Shown here: positions 10,315 to 18,469 of the stretch, one piece after another | Layout: every line of letters starts with the position of its first letter | Numbering within the stretch: position 1 is the first letter of the stretch | Assembly: GCA_965217185.1 (NCBI GenBank) | Contig: OZ244252.1 | Span: 2,400,001-2,464,000 of the forward strand | Direction: 5' to 3' | Source of the DNA: an uncultured Candidatus Entotheonella sp. | GTDB lineage: Bacteria; Tectomicrobia; Entotheonellia; Entotheonellales; Entotheonellaceae | DNA length: 64,000 nt | Translations under genes and position numbers: made by a program | The notes under the pieces: model-generated | The model's database searches: none | Told to the model about the DNA's origin: nothing | The model's input: the letters and a program-made list of their open reading frames with translations, nothing else

Positions 10315-10577
10315 CTAGCCGCCTTCGACCTCCGGGTCCACCGGCGGCTCGTAGAACAGGAAATCCTCGGCGTCGAGGTCCGCAGCATCGACGTTTTCGA
10401 GCCGGAGCGAGTCGTCACCCTCGCCGCCAAAAATTGTGTCGTGACCGCCAAGGCCATCGATCCGGTGAGCATCAGCAGGTTGACGGCCATGCTGAACAGG
10501 GCGCAAGAGAAAAAGAGCCGCCGGCTTTCCGCCAGCGCACCTCGGATCTCCCGGTTGCCGCCTTGGTTCTCTGCCAT
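10315..10577 (-). pseudogene. Chimeric remnant: first ~39 codons of a second prtD copy fused to RTX fragments
   Basis: 10462-10577 encodes MAENQGGNREIRGALAESRRLFFSCALFSMAVNLLMLTG (cf. 7313-7428), then IDGLGGHDTIFGGEGDD and LRLENVDAADLDAEDFLFYEPPVDPEVEGG*. Confidence 0.85.
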
Positions 10578-10627
10578 CGGATGGGCTCCTTGCGGACTCC
10601 CCGGCGAACGCTGCGTCACGGCGCGTC

Positions 10628-11664
10628 TCAGCCGCCGTCGGGCGTGGCGTCCCCCGGCGCTTCATGGAACAGGAAGTCCGTCGCATCCAGGGTGTCGGCG
10701 GTGACGTCGGCGTCGCCCGAGGGATTGCCCGAGGCATTGATTTGCACCTGGCCGCCGCCGTGGGCGCTGAGGTCCAGGATGATGGCCGGTGCGCCGCCGA
10801 CCGTGGCCGAGTGGAGGCTCAGGTCCTCGAACCCGGAGATGCCGGTAAAGGCTCTCAGGTCGATGAGGTCTTCGCCGTCGGTAAAGTCGCAAAGGGTATC
10901 GTTGCCGTCACCCGGCTTGAACACGAAGGTGTCGGCGCCTTCGCCGCCCCATAGATAGTCGTTGCCAGCCCCGCCTTCGAGGGTGTCGTCGCCGTCCCTG
11001 CTCAGCAGGCGGTCATAGCCCCCCCGTGGCCGCGGAGGGTGTCGTCCCCAGCGCCGCCGTAGAGCATGTCGCTGCCGCTGTCGCCTTCGACCGTCTGGTT
11101 GACCCGGAAGGCGAAGTCGCTGGCACTGAGATCGGACGGGCTGACGCCTTCGAGACGGATGGTGCCGCCGCCGTGCGAGGAGAGGTCAAGGATGACATCA
11201 CTGCCATCTGCGGTAATCGTCAGGTCGGAGAGGTCCGTGATGGAAGCGAACTCGCTCAGGTCGATCGCATCTTCGCCGACTGTGAAGTCCTTGATCGTGT
11301 CGCTGCCGCCGGTATCGTAGTCCGGATGGTAGATGAAGGTGTCGGCGCCCTCACCCCCGGATAAGGTATCGTCTCCGGCATCGCCCCAGATGTAGTCGTC
11401 GCCCTCGCCGCCGTAGAGCGTGTCGTCGCCTTCTTCGCCCCACAGCTCGTCGCTGCCTTGACCGCCGTACAGGGTGTCGTCGCCTGTGCCGCCGGCGGCG
11501 TCATCGTCGCTCTCGCCGCCGTAGATCAGGTCGTTTCCACCAAAACCGTAGAGGCGGTCGTTGCCGCCGAGGCCGTCCATCCGGTCGGCGCCGTCGGTGC
11601 CGACAATCCGCCTGTTGTCATGCTCACTGCCCGTGATCTCGTTGTAGTCGGTGCTTTCTGCCAC
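10628..11664 (-). pseudogene. RTX-type Ca-binding protein 3, frameshifted at a G7 run (C7 at 11019-11025 on +)
   Basis: RTX repeats up to LRGHGG; the frame continues [36 protein letters not shown]... to [16 protein letters not shown] only after an indel in the run. Confidence 0.85.
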
Positions 11665-11759
11665 AATAGAAGTCCTCTCTGTTTCGTGACGGCTTTTTCA
11701 GTCGCCATCCGCCGGCTTACGAAGCGGGAATCCGTTCTCCATCATCCCGTCCCCGCTGT

Positions 11760-12559
11760 TCACAAATCGGTTGGCCTCCCGTGCGCCGCCCAGCGAGCCT
11801 TCGGGACCACCAGCGTCTTGGGGCGGCGTTCTTCGGCTGTCTTGAACAGTGAAAACGTTTGGTTCACGAAGTTGACGGCGCCCGAAATGTGTTCGAGGTA
11901 GGCATCGAGTTCCGGGGTGTGCGCGGCTTCAACCAACAGGACCGGCCGGTCCTGGGGCAGCGTCTCAAACTGGCAGTAGAAGAGCGGTTCGCCGCGCGAG
12001 AGCCGTAACTCCTTCTTGACCTCATGCCACTCGAACGCCCACATCAGTGGGCGCGGCCAGACGTCAATCGGAAAACGACCGCCGAAGAGCGTGCCCGGCC
12101 AAGGGTCCGCGCGGTAATGCGTGAATGGGGCGACCTGGGACAGATAGACCGGTTCGTCCGCAATGAACACGTACGGCAGGACATCTGGAGGGTTGGGCGG
12201 TCGGCATAGCGCCATTCCGCCTCGTTCGTGACATGCAACAGGGAGGCGAGTTTCTTTGATCGCACCGGGGATTGATGGCCCAGGAGATTACGCAGGGCTG
12301 GTTTGCCGTCCTGATCCCGGACAAAGGCGAGGTGCAGGTCGAAGGGGCAGGGCACCTCGAAATAGCGGCTCTCAAGCCCGATGATCGCCGGGCAGCGCGA
12401 GGCCGATTTCGCGTGGCGTTTGCTGATCTCTGCGGAACGCACCCGCGTCGGCGCGCTATAGATCACCCCGCCGCGCTCTTCGTTCAGCAACCAGCCGACC
12501 GTGACCGGGCCTGAGCGGGGCCCTTCGTCCGGCACTGCGTGGGTAATGCGAATCTCCAT
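11760..12559 (-). pseudogene. Conserved hypothetical protein, copy A (~266 aa restored), 1-nt deletion near 12180
   Basis: Two overlapping ORFs join as ...RPTLQM/S-LPYVFIADEP...; the paralog at 14779-15404 confirms the reading frame. Confidence 0.8.
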
Positions 12560-12634
12560 GCTGTCACCCTTGACTACAGCGGCGTGGCGGTCCTGCCTCA
12601 GCGGGTATCAATCGCCCCGACGGTCGTGTGCGTC

Positions 12635-13441
12635 TCACAGGCCATCATCAACAAACACAAAATCCCCGGCGTCCAGGTCCGCGACATCGACATCCTCCAG
12701 CCGGATCGTGCCCCCGCCCTGTGTGGTGAGATCAATCACAGCGTCGTTTCCGTCGGCGGTAATATTCAGGTCCTCGAAACCCGAAACGTCGATCGGCCTC
12801 AGATCAATGGCGTCTTCCCCATCGGTGAAGTCCGTGATGGTGTCGTTGCCGTGGCCGACGCCGAATACGAACGTGTCGTCGCCTTGGCCACCCTCGAGCC
12901 TGTCGGTGCCCTCACCGCCCTCGAGCCTGTCGGTGCCCCAACCGCCCTGGAGCCAGTCGGTGCCGTCGTCGCCGTAGAGCGTGTCTTCGCCTCTGCTGCC
13001 GATGAGCCTGTCGTTGTCCTCGCCGCCATAGAGCGTGTCGTCGCCGTCGTCGCCAAAGAGCCAGTCGGTGCCGTCGCTACCATCCAGGAAGTCACGGCCT
13101 TCGTCGCCGTACAGCGCGTCGTCGCCGCCGTCGCCCTTGAGCGTGTCGTCGCCGGCGCCGCCAAAGAGCTCATCCTCGCCCGCGTCGCCCTCGAGCGTGT
13201 CGTCGCCCCCATGGCCTTCCAGGGCGTCGTCGCCCACCCCCGCCTCGAGCTGGTCGTTGCCCGCGCCGCCCTCGAGTGTATCGTCGCCCGCGCCGCCGAG
13301 CAGGATGTCGGCCCCGTCGCCGCCATACAGTTCGTCGTCGCCGGCGCCGCCGTCGAGCCGGTCGTCGTCATCGTCGGCTTGGAGCACGTCGTCACCCGAG
13401 GTGCCGCCGCCGTCCAGGATCACTTCATCTTCATTTGCCAT
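12635..13441 (-). CDS. RTX-type Ca-binding repeat protein 4
   Basis: RBS ggagag before ATG 13441; GGxGDD repeats; C-terminal DTFVFGVGHGNDTITDFTDGEDAIDL module. Confidence 0.92.
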   Translation of the reverse strand: MANEDEVILDGGGTSGDDVLQADDDDDRLDGGAGDDELYGGDGADILLGGAGDDTLEGGAGNDQLEAGVGDDALEGHGGDDTLEGDAGEDELFGGAGDDTLKGDGGDDALYGDEGRDFLDGSDGTDWLFGDDGDDTLYGGEDNDRLIGSRGEDTLYGDDGTDWLQGGWGTDRLEGGEGTDRLEGGQGDDTFVFGVGHGNDTITDFTDGEDAIDLRPIDVSGFEDLNITADGNDAVIDLTTQGGGTIRLEDVDVADLDAGDFVFVDDGL

Positions 13442-13577
13442 GTGGTCTCTCCATAAGTCCAGAACGACTCTGTCTTTTTGCCAATACTGGGTAAACAACC
13501 GCCCTTTTGCGGTACCCTTTCATGCCAAACTCCCTGGAATCGGTGGAAATCGCACCTGCTATTGAGACGTCACCGAC

Positions 13578-13606
13578 TTTAGGAACAGACACTTCAGTCT
13601 ATACAA
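13578..13606 (+). repeat. Second copy of the element right end plus flank
   Basis: tttaggaacagacacttcagtctatacaa vs tttaggaacagactctcagtctatacaa at 13847-13874. Confidence 0.65.
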
Positions 13607-13656
13607 AAACATTGAAAATCTATAATACATCCCATATAGGAGTAGGAAGAGGGCAG

Positions 13657-13868
13657 AGTCTGAGAGTTTGTTCCGAAATACGTCTTTGTTTTGCATAGCC
13701 TTACCAATCCACTAACGAGAGTCTGTGCACCAGTTGAGGAAAAGCCAGGTTTGGCCGTAGCAAGGGTCGCCTTGAAATTATTTGCAGATTCGCCCTGTGG
13801 CTCAGCGATGCCAGCGAGTCACAACTCACCAAAATCACTCAACTTATTTAGGAACAGACTCTCAGTCT
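13657..13868. mobile_element. Putative MITE / IS remnant with terminal inverted repeats
   Basis: agtctgagagtttgttccgaaata (13657-13680) is the inverted repeat of tatttaggaacagactctcagtct (13845-13868), 21/24 match; AT-rich non-coding interior. Confidence 0.55.
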
Positions 13869-13874
13869 ATACAA

Positions 13875-14048
13875 GACGATCCGCATTATCTCCCACTTGG
13901 GAGTATTAGCCACGAGACGAAGAGATCGACATGCGGCGGCGGGTTGTGGCGCTGCCGGGTAGGAGACAGCCGTATCCTTTGTGGTTTTCAGGACAGGACG
14001 TTGTGTGTTGTAGGGGTGAGGATTGGCAACCGCGATGAGGTCTATCGA
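13875..14048 (+). pseudogene. RelE/StbE-family toxin remnant
   Basis: DDPH...GLWRCRVGDSRILCGFQDRTLCVVGVRIGNRDEVYR matches the RelE C-terminal pattern (WRYRVGDYRI...VRIGxRxEVY); no start or antitoxin. Confidence 0.65.
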
Positions 14049-14281
14049 CCAGATGGCCGGGTCGTCGTGTCGGACGCTGGGCCGCTCTGTCAGTACAATA
14101 GAGGGGCGGTAGGGCTCGGCCCGACCGCGAGGGAGGGCGGCGTGATAGCCGGTGCGCGCGGCGTGGTGCGACCGTAAGGGCGCTCGACGCCGCTTTGTAT
14201 TTCGGTTTTCCGGGGGGGGGCCGGCTTGAGGGCGCTGGTCGGTAAGGCGCCGTTGCCACGCAGACAATCAGAGCCTGAGCC

Positions 14282-14665
14282 TCATCGCACCGCAACGCCC
14301 AGCGAGCCTTCCACCTCAAGGCTCACCGACTTGTCGTCCTGTTCCGTGACGACCCCACGCGGTCGGACGTGGGCGGCCGCGGCGAACACATGGATGCGTA
14401 TGGGATGGCCTTCGTCCGCGGCAACGCGCAGCGCAGTGGTCAGAACCCGACGTGAGAAGTCGTCGATGTGGCCCGCCCACAGGATGGTGGTCGTCACCTG
14501 CGTCCTGTCTGTCTGGTACGCGATATCAACCTGCCCTCCGGTTATCCGGTAGCCGATCCTGAAATGGCCACGGGAAGCCGGACGGGCCGCAAGGGCTTCG
14601 GAGCAAGCGGGCGCGGCGGTAGGCCGTGTTGTGGGTGCGGATTTTTCCCTACCAGATGAGGGCAC
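14282..14665 (-). CDS. Hypothetical protein or gene fragment
   Basis: 127-aa ORF; the C-terminal ~90 aa look protein-like; no family recognised. Confidence 0.25.
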   Translation of the reverse strand: MPSSGREKSAPTTRPTAAPACSEALAARPASRGHFRIGYRITGGQVDIAYQTDRTQVTTTILWAGHIDDFSRRVLTTALRVAADEGHPIRIHVFAAAAHVRPRGVVTEQDDKSVSLEVEGSLGVAVR

Positions 14666-14778
14666 CGGGTGACCAAGGGGAAACCCCGATCCGGAACCCC
14701 GTCGCCTCAGCGCGGGACGTCATGGGTGCGGCCTTTCGCCAGGGCACTCCTGCCGATGCCAGGCAAGGGGCTTGCGGG

Positions 14779-15404
14779 TCAACGCTGCCTCGGGACTACC
14801 AGCGTCTTGGGACGGCGCTCGGCGGCCGTCCTGAAGAGCGAGAACGTCTGGTTCACGAAGTTGACCGCACCTGCAATGTGCTGGAGGTAGGCATCAAGTC
14901 CCGGCGTGCGGACGGCTTCCACCAACTGGATGGGCCGGTCCTGGGGCACTGTCTCGAACTGGCAGTAGAAGAGCGGTTCGCCGCGCGTGAGCCGCAGTTC
15001 CTTCTTGATGTCGTGCCATTCGAACGCCCACATCAGCGGTCGCGGCCATACGTCGATCGGAAAGCGGCCGCCAAAGATCGTGCCCGGCCAAGGCTCCGCT
15101 CGGTGATGCAGGAACGACGCGACCTGGGACAGGTAGACCGGTTCTCCGGCAATGAACACGTAGGGCAGGGATAATTAGAGAGTCGGGCGGTCGGCATAGC
15201 GCCATTCCGCCTCGTTCACGACGTGCAGCACGGAATTGAGCGCCTTCGGACGCACCGGGGATCGGCTGCCCAGGAGATTGCGCAGGGCCGGCTTGCCGCA
15301 TCGTAAATTACCCCGCCACGCTCTTCGGCCAGCAGCCAGCCAACCTTGACTGGCCCTGAGCCCGCCCCTTCGTCCGGCAATGCATGGGTAACGTGAATCT
15401 CCAT
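14779..15404 (-). pseudogene. Conserved hypothetical protein, copy B: ~145-nt internal deletion near 15300 and TAA at 15175-15177
   Basis: MEIHVTHALPDEGAGSGPVKVGWLL... and ...WPGTIFGGRFPIDVWPRPLMWAFEWH... align with copy A. Confidence 0.85.
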
Positions 15405-15424
15405 GCCGTCGTCCTTTACGGTGA

Positions 15425-15456
15425 TGCAGGTCGGATTAGCGAAACGTAATCCGACA
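15425..15456 (+). repeat. GTAG-type REP palindrome, copy 2 (GCAG foot)
   Basis: tgcaggtcggattagcgaaacgtaatccgaca. Confidence 0.75.
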
Positions 15457-15479
15457 TTCCAAAGCGTCCTGTCGCCGTC

Positions 15480-16274
15480 TCAAGAATCCCTGAAGCCGTT
15501 GAGTTCATGAATCAACCGCAGCCCCTTGAGAGTCAGCAACGGATCGATCACGTCAATGGCCTTGGTTTCGGGGGTGATGACTTCGACCAAGCCGCCGGTG
15601 GCGATGACTTTGACGGCCTGCCGATCTTCCTCAGCGGGCGCCATTTCGGCCTTCAGCCGCGCCACCAGCCCTTCGACCAGCGCGGCGTAGCCGAGGATGA
15701 GGCCGGACTGCATGGTGTGGACGGTGTTGGTGCCGATGGCGTGCGGCGGGCGGACGAGCTCCACCTGGTACAACTGCGCTGCCGAGCGGGTCAGCGATTC
15801 CAGCGCCGTTACTATGCCGGGGGCGATGGCGCCGCCGAGGTATTCGCCGAGCGCCGACACGCAGTCGAACACGGTGGCGGTGCCAAAGGCGATGGCGATA
15901 GCCGGGCCGCCGTAGAGGTGATGCGTCGCCGCGGCATTCACCACGCGATCGGCGCCGACCTCACTGGGGTTGTCCACCGACAGCGTCACGCCGCTGCGGG
16001 TGTGCGGCCCGACCATCAGGGGCTCGACGCGCAGGTACTGGCGCGACAACTGATCGAAGACCGCGCGCAGCGGCGGCACGACGCAGGAGATCGACACGCC
16101 GCGAATGTCTTCCACGGCGATGTCGTTGGCGCGGAAGAGGCTGAGTAGCAGGATGGCGTACTCGTCGGCGAGCTTTTGCCGCTCGGTGGCGAAGCGCCAG
16201 TCGGCCAGCAGGGCGTCGCCTTGAAACACGCCGGCTTTGATGGTGGTGTTACTGACGTCGATGGTGAGCAGCAT
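15480..16274 (-). CDS. coaX: Type III pantothenate kinase
   Basis: LLTIDVSNT, VGADRVVNA, FGTATVFD, YLGGAIAPG, ATGG, LTLKGL. Confidence 0.95.
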   Translation of the reverse strand: MLLTIDVSNTTIKAGVFQGDALLADWRFATERQKLADEYAILLLSLFRANDIAVEDIRGVSISCVVPPLRAVFDQLSRQYLRVEPLMVGPHTRSGVTLSVDNPSEVGADRVVNAAATHHLYGGPAIAIAFGTATVFDCVSALGEYLGGAIAPGIVTALESLTRSAAQLYQVELVRPPHAIGTNTVHTMQSGLILGYAALVEGLVARLKAEMAPAEEDRQAVKVIATGGLVEVITPETKAIDVIDPLLTLKGLRLIHELNGFRDS

Positions 16275-16319
16275 GGGCATCCCCATGGCTGAAGGGCAGG
16301 GTCGTGCCGGGGCTTCGGC

Positions 16320-17504
16320 TCAGCCCCGGCAGGCTTCGATCGTTTCTTTGAAACCCGGCAGGCCATTCTCGATGGTGCGGTCTTCCACGCAGTAGGCCAG
16401 GCGGAAATAGCCCGGCGTGCCGAAGCCGCGTCCGGGCACGGCGAGAATGCGCCGCTGCAGCAGCATGTTCACAAACGCCGTGTCGTCCTCGATGGGCGAG
16501 CGCGGGAACAGGTAGAACGCCCCCTGCGGCCTGATGAATTCGTATCCCATGGCCGCCAGTTCGTCGCACATCAGGGCGCGCTTGCGCTCGTATTGCCGCA
16601 TGTCGATGGTGACGCCCTGCAGCTCCCGCACCACGTGCTGCATCAGCGCCGGGGCATTGACGAACCCCAGGGTGCGGTTGGCGAAGCTCAGGCCTTCCAG
16701 AAGCTCCTCCAGGCCGGCGCAAGCGGGGTTGACGGCGACGTGGCCGAGCCGCTCGCCGGGCAGCGCCAAGTCCTTGGCGTGCGACGTCACTGCAATGCTG
16801 TTGTCGAAGTAGCCGTGTACCTCGGGGTAGATCAAGCCGTCGTAGAGCAGCTTCTTGTAGGGCTCGTCGCTGACCAGGTAAATCTGCGTGCCGAACTCGG
16901 CCTGCTTGCGGCGCAGTAATTGGCCGAGGGCCGCGATGGTGTCGGCGTCGTACATGACGCCGGAGGGGTTGTTGGGCGAATTGATGAGGACGATCTTGGT
17001 GCGGGCCGACAGCGCCGCCTCGATGGCCGGCAGGTCGAGATTGAAGCGCGCGTCGGTCGGCACCACTTTGCTGACGCCCTGGTGGTTGTCGGCGTAGAAG
17101 TTGTATTCGACGAAGTAGGGCGAGAAGATCATCACCTCGTCGCCGGGATCAAGGAGGGTTTTGAACACCACGTTGAGGCCCCCGGCGGCGCCGACGACCA
17201 TGGTGATGTGCTCGGCCGTGAAGGCGATGCCGGTTTCGCGCCCGAGTTGTTCCGCCACCGCGGCGCGCGTCTCGGCGTAGCCGGTGTTCGGCATGTAGCG
17301 GTGCATGCCCGGTTTGGGTTGGCTGACCAGCCGGTGCAGCGCCTCGTGGAACTCGGGGGGCGGCTCGACTACCGGGTTGCCGAGCGAGAAATCGTAGACA
17401 TTGTCGGCGCCGTGCTCCTGCATGAGCCGGATGCCTTCCTCGAACATGCCGCGGATCCAGGACGCCGCCTGCATGTATTGCCGAACCTTTTGCGCGATGG
17501 CCAT
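16320..17504 (-). CDS. PLP-dependent aminotransferase class I/II (aspartate aminotransferase-like)
   Basis: DFSLGNP, INSPNNPSG, SDEPY, SHAKDLALPGERLG; RBS aaggga before ATG 17504. Confidence 0.93.
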   Translation of the reverse strand: MAIAQKVRQYMQAASWIRGMFEEGIRLMQEHGADNVYDFSLGNPVVEPPPEFHEALHRLVSQPKPGMHRYMPNTGYAETRAAVAEQLGRETGIAFTAEHITMVVGAAGGLNVVFKTLLDPGDEVMIFSPYFVEYNFYADNHQGVSKVVPTDARFNLDLPAIEAALSARTKIVLINSPNNPSGVMYDADTIAALGQLLRRKQAEFGTQIYLVSDEPYKKLLYDGLIYPEVHGYFDNSIAVTSHAKDLALPGERLGHVAVNPACAGLEELLEGLSFANRTLGFVNAPALMQHVVRELQGVTIDMRQYERKRALMCDELAAMGYEFIRPQGAFYLFPRSPIEDDTAFVNMLLQRRILAVPGRGFGTPGYFRLAYCVEDRTIENGLPGFKETIEACRG

Positions 17505-17698
17505 GCGGACTCCCTTGTTGGCTTGGCGAGCGGCGCGGCGCCGGGGCACTGCAGCCACTGTCAGGAGCGCGTTAGCATGCGTGAAAACGCCCGTTGGTGC
17601 AAGCGCGATGTCGAGCTGTCCGGCGAAATGCCGCTTGACATGGCAACGCGCCAAATTTAGTTTCTGAATGTGATCATGTCGTGAGAAGGAGACCGGCG

Positions 17699-18160
17699 AT
17701 GCCAATCGTTGATACGCTCAGACTGAAGACCAGATTGTCGGATAGCGGCATGCCTGAGAATCAGGCCCAGGCCCTCGTCGAGGAACTCGATGAGGCCCTA
17801 ACCACGGCGGTTACCGCTCAGGTGGCGACTAAAGTAGAGGTCGTTGAACTACGGGCCGCCATCAACGCCATAGAGGAACGTGTAGAGGAGCGTTTCGAGC
17901 AGGTTGACAGGCGTTTTGAGCAAGTCGATAAGCGTTTTGAGCAAGTCGATAAGCGCTTCGAGCAAGTCGATAAGCGCTTCGAGCAAGTCGATAAGCGCTT
18001 CGAGCAAGTCGATAAGCGTCTGGATGACCTGAAGACGGACACGCACCAAACGAGAGCTGACGTTGCAGCCGTGAAGGGCGACGTCAAATTGTTGCGCTGG
18101 ATGGTCGGGACTCTTGTCGTTCTGCAAGTCGGCATTTTGGTCAAGTTGCTTATGAGTTGA
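17699..18160 (+). CDS. DUF1640/CCDC90-like head-coiled-coil-membrane-anchor protein
   Basis: DTLRLKTRLSDSGMPENQAQAL head, VATK neck, (RFEQVDK)n stalk, C-terminal LLRWMVG TM; RBS aaggag. Confidence 0.8.
   Translation: MPIVDTLRLKTRLSDSGMPENQAQALVEELDEALTTAVTAQVATKVEVVELRAAINAIEERVEERFEQVDRRFEQVDKRFEQVDKRFEQVDKRFEQVDKRFEQVDKRLDDLKTDTHQTRADVAAVKGDVKLLRWMVGTLVVLQVGILVKLLMS
17891..18016 (+). repeat. Coding tandem repeat, 6 x 21 bp (cgYttYgagcaagtcgataag)
   Basis: Read directly from the sequence; encodes RFEQVD(R/K) x6. Confidence 0.95.
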
Positions 18161-18169
18161 GGAAACACC

Positions 18170-18451
18170 ATGCTGACCCTTACTGCCATCCTGACGGTGA
18201 AAGCCGGACACGAAGCCGAATTCGAGCGCGTCATGCACGTCACGGTACCGAAGGTGCGCGAGGAGCCCGGCAATCGCGCCTACGTGCTGAACCGTTCCAC
18301 CGAAAACCCGCGCGTTTTCATGGTCTATGAAGAATACGAGGACGCCGAGGCGCTGGAATCGCACCGTGCCCACCTGAAAGAAATGGGCATCGACCTGCGC
18401 GACCTGCTGGATGGGCCGCCGGTGCTGACTTTTTACGACAAGCTGCTGTAG
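18170..18451 (+). CDS. ABM-domain (putative quinol monooxygenase) protein
   Basis: VKAGHEAEF, EPGNRAY, FMVYEEYED.EALESH. Confidence 0.88.
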   Translation: MLTLTAILTVKAGHEAEFERVMHVTVPKVREEPGNRAYVLNRSTENPRVFMVYEEYEDAEALESHRAHLKEMGIDLRDLLDGPPVLTFYDKLL

Positions 18452-18469
18452 CGGCGCGGAGAACACATC

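Noticed and set aside
7528..13441. Possible DGR or CRISPR-like repeats in the RTX array
   Set aside because: The repeats are coding GGxGxD units; no reverse transcriptase and no adenine-specific TR/VR pair was seen.
14212..14220. G9 run as phase-variation site
   Set aside because: It is not inside or clearly upstream of any supportable gene.
17891..18016. Possible CRISPR array
   Set aside because: The 21-bp units are contiguous with no spacers and encode an in-frame heptad repeat; no cas genes are present.
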